Source of the DNA: Candidatus Rifleibacteriota bacterium
Lineage (GTDB): Bacteria > Muiribacteriota > Ozemobacteria > Ozemobacterales > Ozemobacteraceae
Direction of reading: 5' to 3'
DNA: 10,771 nucleotides
Assembly (NCBI GenBank): GCA_051747585.1
Contig: JBNJGH010000109.1
Span: 1 to 10,771, forward strand
Each line of letters opens with the position of its first letter. The stretch's first letter is position 1. The position numbers were made by a program, and so were the translations under genes. The notes beneath the pieces are model-generated. The model was not told where the DNA came from. It saw only the letters and a program-made list of their open reading frames with translations, and made no database searches. Positions 6,790-10,771 of this stretch are shown piece after piece.

Positions 6790-8430
6790 ATGCTCATTTG
6801 TAAGAATAAATTACTATATTTGCTGTTCCTGTTCTCTTCAATATCTTTAAATGTTTCTGGACAGGAAGAAAACATCAATCTTACCATTAGCGGTTCGCCT
6901 ATTCCCTGGGTGCTTTTGGTCCTGGCAGTTATTGTCGTTTTTATTCTTATAGCAGTATTAGCTTTCGTTATAAAAAAATCTATCGGCGAAGAATTCAGAG
7001 TTTCGGATGCTAAAAGGAAAAAAGTCGAAGATTCCTATGCACGCAAGCTTAAAAAAGAATTTCAAGCAAAGCAGACAGTACTTGACCATAAAATAGAGAA
7101 AGTTCGCCAACGTTTTTCTATGGTAATGATGAAAGTTAAGCATTTGCTCGACACCCTTGATCCCGAAGAAGTGTTTAAAGCTGTAACTGAGCTTATAGAG
7201 GAAGAGGTCGGAGCCAGCCGCTATATAATGTTTTTATATGATCCGGTCAAGGAGGAGCTTTACCCTTTTCGTTGGAGCGGTTACTCGGATAAAATAAAAG
7301 ATGTTCTGTTTATTCCGGCTTCTCACCCTCATTTGCTGACTCAGTGTTTAAAGCGAAACCAGACGTTATACAGGGCTCTTGCCATAAAAGACCCTGAAAT
7401 TCGTCAACTGGTTGATCGCAAGCCGGTGTCGAACACTCTGGTCGCAATTCCCGTATGTACGCAAGAGAAACAATTTGGCGTGGTGCATATCGAGGCTTTT
7501 GCAGATGGTCATACTGAGATCGAAGAAACCGAGCTTCGCTTTTTGTCGGCTTTGCCAACTTTTATTGGTGGCGCATTGAACAATGCCGATATTTTTGTTC
7601 AAACCAGAGATGAGCTTACTTCAGTTCAAAAAATTTCCGAGCAGGAAATCGCCGAAAAACGAAAACTCAAAGATATGTTTTCGAGATATAGTTCTGCAGA
7701 ACTGGTCGATACTTTACTCAAAAATCCTGAAAGTATAGATCTTGGCGGTGAGAACAAGGAAGCAGCGATTCTTTTTTGCGACATAGCCGGCTTTACCAAT
7801 TTCAGTTCGAGGTATAGCCCGAAAGAAGTAGTTGCTTTAATGAATGAATACCTGTCGCGGATGACAGAGGTTATTCTCGATTACCAGGGAGAAATAGATA
7901 AATTTATCGGCGATGCGATTATGGCCCGATTCGGGGTAATGGGTGACTTGCCTTACCCCGGGAGAAACGCGGTAGAATCAGCCTGCGGCATGCTTGAAGA
8001 GTTGGAAGAGCTGCAGAAAGAATGGACAGCCCACGGTATGGAAACTTTTTCCATAAGAATTGGAATAGCTTCAGGCCTGGTTCTTGCCGGTAATATCGGC
8101 TCGAAGCGTCGTCAGGAATTTACGGTGATGGGCAGTACGGTTAACCTTGCCTCGCGCCTTGAAAACTTGAACAAAGAATACGGCACCAACATTCTTGTAG
8201 ATGAACAGACTTTTAATCAGTTGCCCCATGGTATCAAACACGTAAAGCGTGAGAATGTCCGAATTAGAGGTCTGGATGAGTTGCAAACCGTTTACGAGAT
8301 AAAAGAATATAGCGGCGGTGCAAAGATAATCTCGTTTCAGAACAGAGTTGAGAAAAATAATAATACAGGGGCGGTTCGCGAACCGCCCGTAAAGAAAACG
8401 AACCAGCCATCGACACCAAAAAAAATGTAG
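6790..8430 (+). CDS. Membrane-anchored GAF-domain class III adenylate cyclase, 546 aa
   Basis: Catalytic motifs AILFCDIAGFT, IDKFIGDAIMA, IRIGIASG, GNIGS and EFTVMGSTVNLASRLE. The Lys and Thr specificity residues indicate ATP as substrate. GAF domain from about aa 122-268 (TLDPEEVF...LVAIPV...FGVVHIE...FLSAL...ALNNA). N-terminal signal-like segment plus one TM helix. Confidence 0.93.
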   Translation: MLICKNKLLYLLFLFSSISLNVSGQEENINLTISGSPIPWVLLVLAVIVVFILIAVLAFVIKKSIGEEFRVSDAKRKKVEDSYARKLKKEFQAKQTVLDHKIEKVRQRFSMVMMKVKHLLDTLDPEEVFKAVTELIEEEVGASRYIMFLYDPVKEELYPFRWSGYSDKIKDVLFIPASHPHLLTQCLKRNQTLYRALAIKDPEIRQLVDRKPVSNTLVAIPVCTQEKQFGVVHIEAFADGHTEIEETELRFLSALPTFIGGALNNADIFVQTRDELTSVQKISEQEIAEKRKLKDMFSRYSSAELVDTLLKNPESIDLGGENKEAAILFCDIAGFTNFSSRYSPKEVVALMNEYLSRMTEVILDYQGEIDKFIGDAIMARFGVMGDLPYPGRNAVESACGMLEELEELQKEWTAHGMETFSIRIGIASGLVLAGNIGSKRRQEFTVMGSTVNLASRLENLNKEYGTNILVDEQTFNQLPHGIKHVKRENVRIRGLDELQTVYEIKEYSGGAKIISFQNRVEKNNNTGAVREPPVKKTNQPSTPKKM

Positions 8431-8443
8431 GGGCGGTTCGCGA
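8364..8443. repeat. Two GTAG-type REP-like palindromes in direct orientation; the first lies inside the cyclase CDS, the second is truncated and supplies its stop codon
   Basis: Perfect 20-bp palindrome GGGCGGTTCGCGAACCGCCC at 8369-8388. A second copy GTAGGGGCGGTTCGCGA at 8427-8443 breaks off just past the palindrome centre. Confidence 0.85.
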
Positions 8444-8449
8444 GGACCA

Positions 8450-8766
8450 TCACACAAAGCCTCTGAGCCGCTAAGTTCACAAAGAAAAAAATAATTTAAA
8501 CTTTGCGTTCTTAGCGCCTTGGCGAGAGAAGAAAACAATCTCGCGAAGTTCGCAAAGAACGCAAAGAAAATCGAGAAGGGATATCCGATTGCTATGTAAA
8601 CGCGATATTTTATTGGGGATCGAAATTAACAAAGAGATTGCTTCGACTCCGCTCAGCACGAGCTTTGCTCATTGACCAATATATAATGACAAATTTGATA
8701 TAGTTTAAAGAGGTTTGGTGCCTGAATTTTTCTTAGTGATCTTGGCGTCTTGGCGCCTCCGTGTGA
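8450..8766. repeat. Intergenic mosaic of family-A arms and a degenerate inverted family-B segment
   Basis: The reverse complement of 8450-8493 matches 650-693 at 36/44. 8501-8527 and 8539-8566 form an imperfect hairpin. The reverse complement of 8569-8625 resembles 785-845 (shared cccc..a.aaaatatcgc...atcgga...tcgatt). 8729-8766 matches the reverse complement of 901-938 at 34/38. Confidence 0.85.
8501..8570. terminator. Long imperfect hairpin between convergent genes; possible terminator or mRNA-stabilising stem
   Basis: ctttgcgttcttagcgccttggcgaga-N11-tctcgcgaagttcgcaaagaacgcaaag lies between the convergent cyclase and deacetylase stops. It is primarily a repeat, and terminator function is inferred. 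Confidence 0.3.
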
Positions 8767-8792
8767 GGGCTGCAGACATACAAGGATAAAAA

Positions 8793-9854
8793 TTAAAGTT
8801 GGTTTTTGGTCAGGGCAATTAAAAGATTGCCGTTGCGTTTTGCTTTGAGAAGTTCAAAAGAGGTTAAGGCCTGCTTTTGCCTGGGTTTAAGCATGTTAAG
8901 CAACAGACTGTTTGCTGAAAGATTTTCCAGTTTGAAAGGGAGAAATCCTGGAATAAAACCTTCTCGCATAAGCCCGGGCGACTTTGCTGCCCAGAAATTT
9001 ACTTTGTCTGATTCCATGTGATGAATGTCAGTGATTTTATAATTGTTAACCGCAAGTAAATCAAGCAGAGGATTCAAAGCTTTGACGGTCGCAGGGTAAA
9101 TGTCGTGTAGCAGTATTGCACCGCCTCTTAGGTTATTACTTCCTAACCCCAGCTGATTGGCAAGATTTCTTAAAATGACATGTTTGTTCTGGTATTTCCA
9201 ATCTCTGGGGTCTATAGACCATTGCAGAATATTCATTTCTTCACGCTGAGCCAGACTTAGAACATTTTTATTCACCGCGCCATAGGGAGGTCGAAGAAAT
9301 CGGGGATTTTTTCCGGTTATGTTTTTTATAAGCCGGTTGGTTTTTTGAATTTGTTCTATCAGCTGGTTTTGGGTTATTTTGGTAAAATTTTTGTGGTCGT
9401 ATGAATGGTTGCCGATAATATGACCTTCACTGGCAATTTGTTTTACCAGATGCGGATATTTTTCGACCTGAAGACCGAGAACAAAAAATATGGCTTTTAA
9501 ATTACGATCTTTAAGTATTTTTAGAATTTCAGGAGTGGTGCGTGGATGCGGGCCATCATCAAATGTCAGAATGATTTTCTGTTGCTGTGAAAGCATTTTA
9601 ACCAGCCGACGGCGGCTGTAATAAGCCATCTTTGTTACCAGACAATCTTGAAAAATCTCTTTTTCTGATTCTTTGTAGCTTTCAGCTTTGGCCATTTTAT
9701 CGATTTTATTTCTATCTACATTTTTTTCTTCAGGCATCAAGGAGGCATGCAGTGAAATTCCGGCCAGCAAAAGCCCAAGAATGACCAGTTGAAACTTTAA
9801 GGTCGAAATTAGCCCTTTCATGAAGCTAATATCGGCATCTTTGCCCCATTTCAT
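8793..9854 (-). CDS. Polysaccharide deacetylase (CE4/NodB homology domain; peptidoglycan GlcNAc deacetylase-like), exported or membrane-anchored
   Basis: All five CE4 motifs are present: TFDDGP, HSYDH, RPPYG, DPRDW and LLHD. N-terminal hydrophobic segment FQLVILGLLLAGISLHA. An alternative start at ATG 9821 is possible. Confidence 0.92.
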   Translation of the reverse strand: MKWGKDADISFMKGLISTLKFQLVILGLLLAGISLHASLMPEEKNVDRNKIDKMAKAESYKESEKEIFQDCLVTKMAYYSRRRLVKMLSQQQKIILTFDDGPHPRTTPEILKILKDRNLKAIFFVLGLQVEKYPHLVKQIASEGHIIGNHSYDHKNFTKITQNQLIEQIQKTNRLIKNITGKNPRFLRPPYGAVNKNVLSLAQREEMNILQWSIDPRDWKYQNKHVILRNLANQLGLGSNNLRGGAILLHDIYPATVKALNPLLDLLAVNNYKITDIHHMESDKVNFWAAKSPGLMREGFIPGFLPFKLENLSANSLLLNMLKPRQKQALTSFELLKAKRNGNLLIALTKNQL

Positions 9855-9931
9855 TAAAGCAAAATTTTATCGCGCCTGATTTTTAAGATTAAATTTTGTT
9901 GTTTTGAATGTTATATTAAGAGCATAAAGAT

Positions 9932-10771
9932 ATGAATGTATTCAGGGCACAAGCTATAAAAAGTTTTAGAGTTATTATTATATTTATTTTGCTGCTTACG
10001 CCATTAGAGTCCGCAGTGGCAGAAACAACAAGGGTCGAAATGGTTTCAACCCTGGATTTTGTTGCTGAAATGCTTGAGATGGTTAAATTCAATCTGATTC
10101 CCCCCGAATCCGAAAACCTGACCTTGATTTTCCAGCCCTGGATAAAAAACAGTTCAATTAAAATCGATAAGCGCACTAATTTTGTTTTGTTGCAAGAGGG
10201 AATATCGAGGGCAGATATAAAGTCAGACTTTGTTGAAACCTCTCAAAAAGTTGATCTGGTGTGGCTTATGCTGGTAAAAGAAGAGTTCTATCGGCAACTG
10301 GATTCAAAAGAAGTTAATCTTTTGAATTTTTTCCATATTTTAGAATCTGATTTTTGTAAAAACAATTATAAATATCCCTGGTTTGAATCGCTTTATTCCA
10401 AAAATACCCTTTTAAATTTTATAAATGTACTTGGAGAGGCAAAAAACAGAGGAACAAATAAAAAAAAATCATTTGCCCGACAAGATGGTGCTATAAAAAT
10501 ACTTTATCGTGCCATAGAAGAAGGAGTTTTAAACCCGCTGTCGTTAGAGGCCTCGCAGCAACTTGCCCTGAGCGTGTTTCGGGCAAATGATTCTGTCTGC
10601 TGCACTTTATGGGTTCCTTATGATTTGCTGATCTCTGATGCCCGGGCTTATCACAGTATTGCAGGAGAATTTGAGGTTATTGCTTTTCCGCGTCCGGATG
10701 GCAAGGCGGTTCTTCCAAAAATTAGATTCAACCTATGGAAACGAAAAAATTGCAGCGCAAAGTTAAGGGTT
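9932..10771 (+). CDS. Exported hypothetical protein, 3'-truncated (at least 280 aa); weak resemblance to ABC extracellular solute-binding proteins
   Basis: Absent from the ORF track because it has no stop in the window. Hand translation from ATG 9932 is open to 10771: MNVFRAQAIKSFRVIIIFILLLTPLESAVA|ETTRVEMV...LYRAIEEGVLNPLSLEASQQLALSVFRANDSVCCTLWVPY...FEVIAFPRPDG. Signal peptide with an AVA cleavage motif. Confidence 0.8.
   Translation, partial: MNVFRAQAIKSFRVIIIFILLLTPLESAVAETTRVEMVSTLDFVAEMLEMVKFNLIPPESENLTLIFQPWIKNSSIKIDKRTNFVLLQEGISRADIKSDFVETSQKVDLVWLMLVKEEFYRQLDSKEVNLLNFFHILESDFCKNNYKYPWFESLYSKNTLLNFINVLGEAKNRGTNKKKSFARQDGAIKILYRAIEEGVLNPLSLEASQQLALSVFRANDSVCCTLWVPYDLLISDARAYHSIAGEFEVIAFPRPDGKAVLPKIRFNLWKRKNCSAKLRV

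Noticed and set aside
1363..8659. Numerous antisense or alternate-frame ORFs within the operon (e.g. 1363-1779, 3553-3780, 4470-4952, 5824-6144, 8071-8538, 8477-8659)
   Set aside because: They are shadows of well-supported + strand genes or of repeats, with no recognisable motifs.
8806..10176. ORFs 8806-9021(+) and 9916-10176(-)
   Set aside because: They are antisense to the deacetylase and to the longer signal-peptide ORF starting at 9932, respectively.

Overview
Bacterial genomic window, roughly 40% GC by eye, with three parts. (1) The 3' part of an Rpn/YhgA-like PD-(D/E)XK nuclease gene (1-639), with a strong internal AGGAGGT-N7-ATG start that would make a 75-aa C-terminal product, as in Rpn intragenic antitoxins. 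It is followed by about 600 bp of nested palindromic repeats, including a 199-bp tandem unit. (2) A tightly packed + strand cluster (1273-8430): a membrane TPR protein, a large secreted Cys/Asp/Pro-rich protein, three prepilin-like proteins (PilV-, PilX- and PilW/FimU-like) and a membrane-anchored GAF class III adenylate cyclase. This is a candidate minor-pilin/tip-adhesin module linked to cAMP signalling. A GTAG-type REP palindrome is translated in the cyclase tail and a second copy supplies its stop codon. A second repeat mosaic (8450-8766) holds copies of the left-hand repeat families, several of them inverted. (3) A convergent CE4/NodB polysaccharide deacetylase (-) and a divergent 3'-truncated ORF missing from the ORF track (9932 to the window end) that resembles a solute-binding protein. 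No rRNA, tRNA or CRISPR array was recognised. All assignments come from motif reading by eye; no searches were run.
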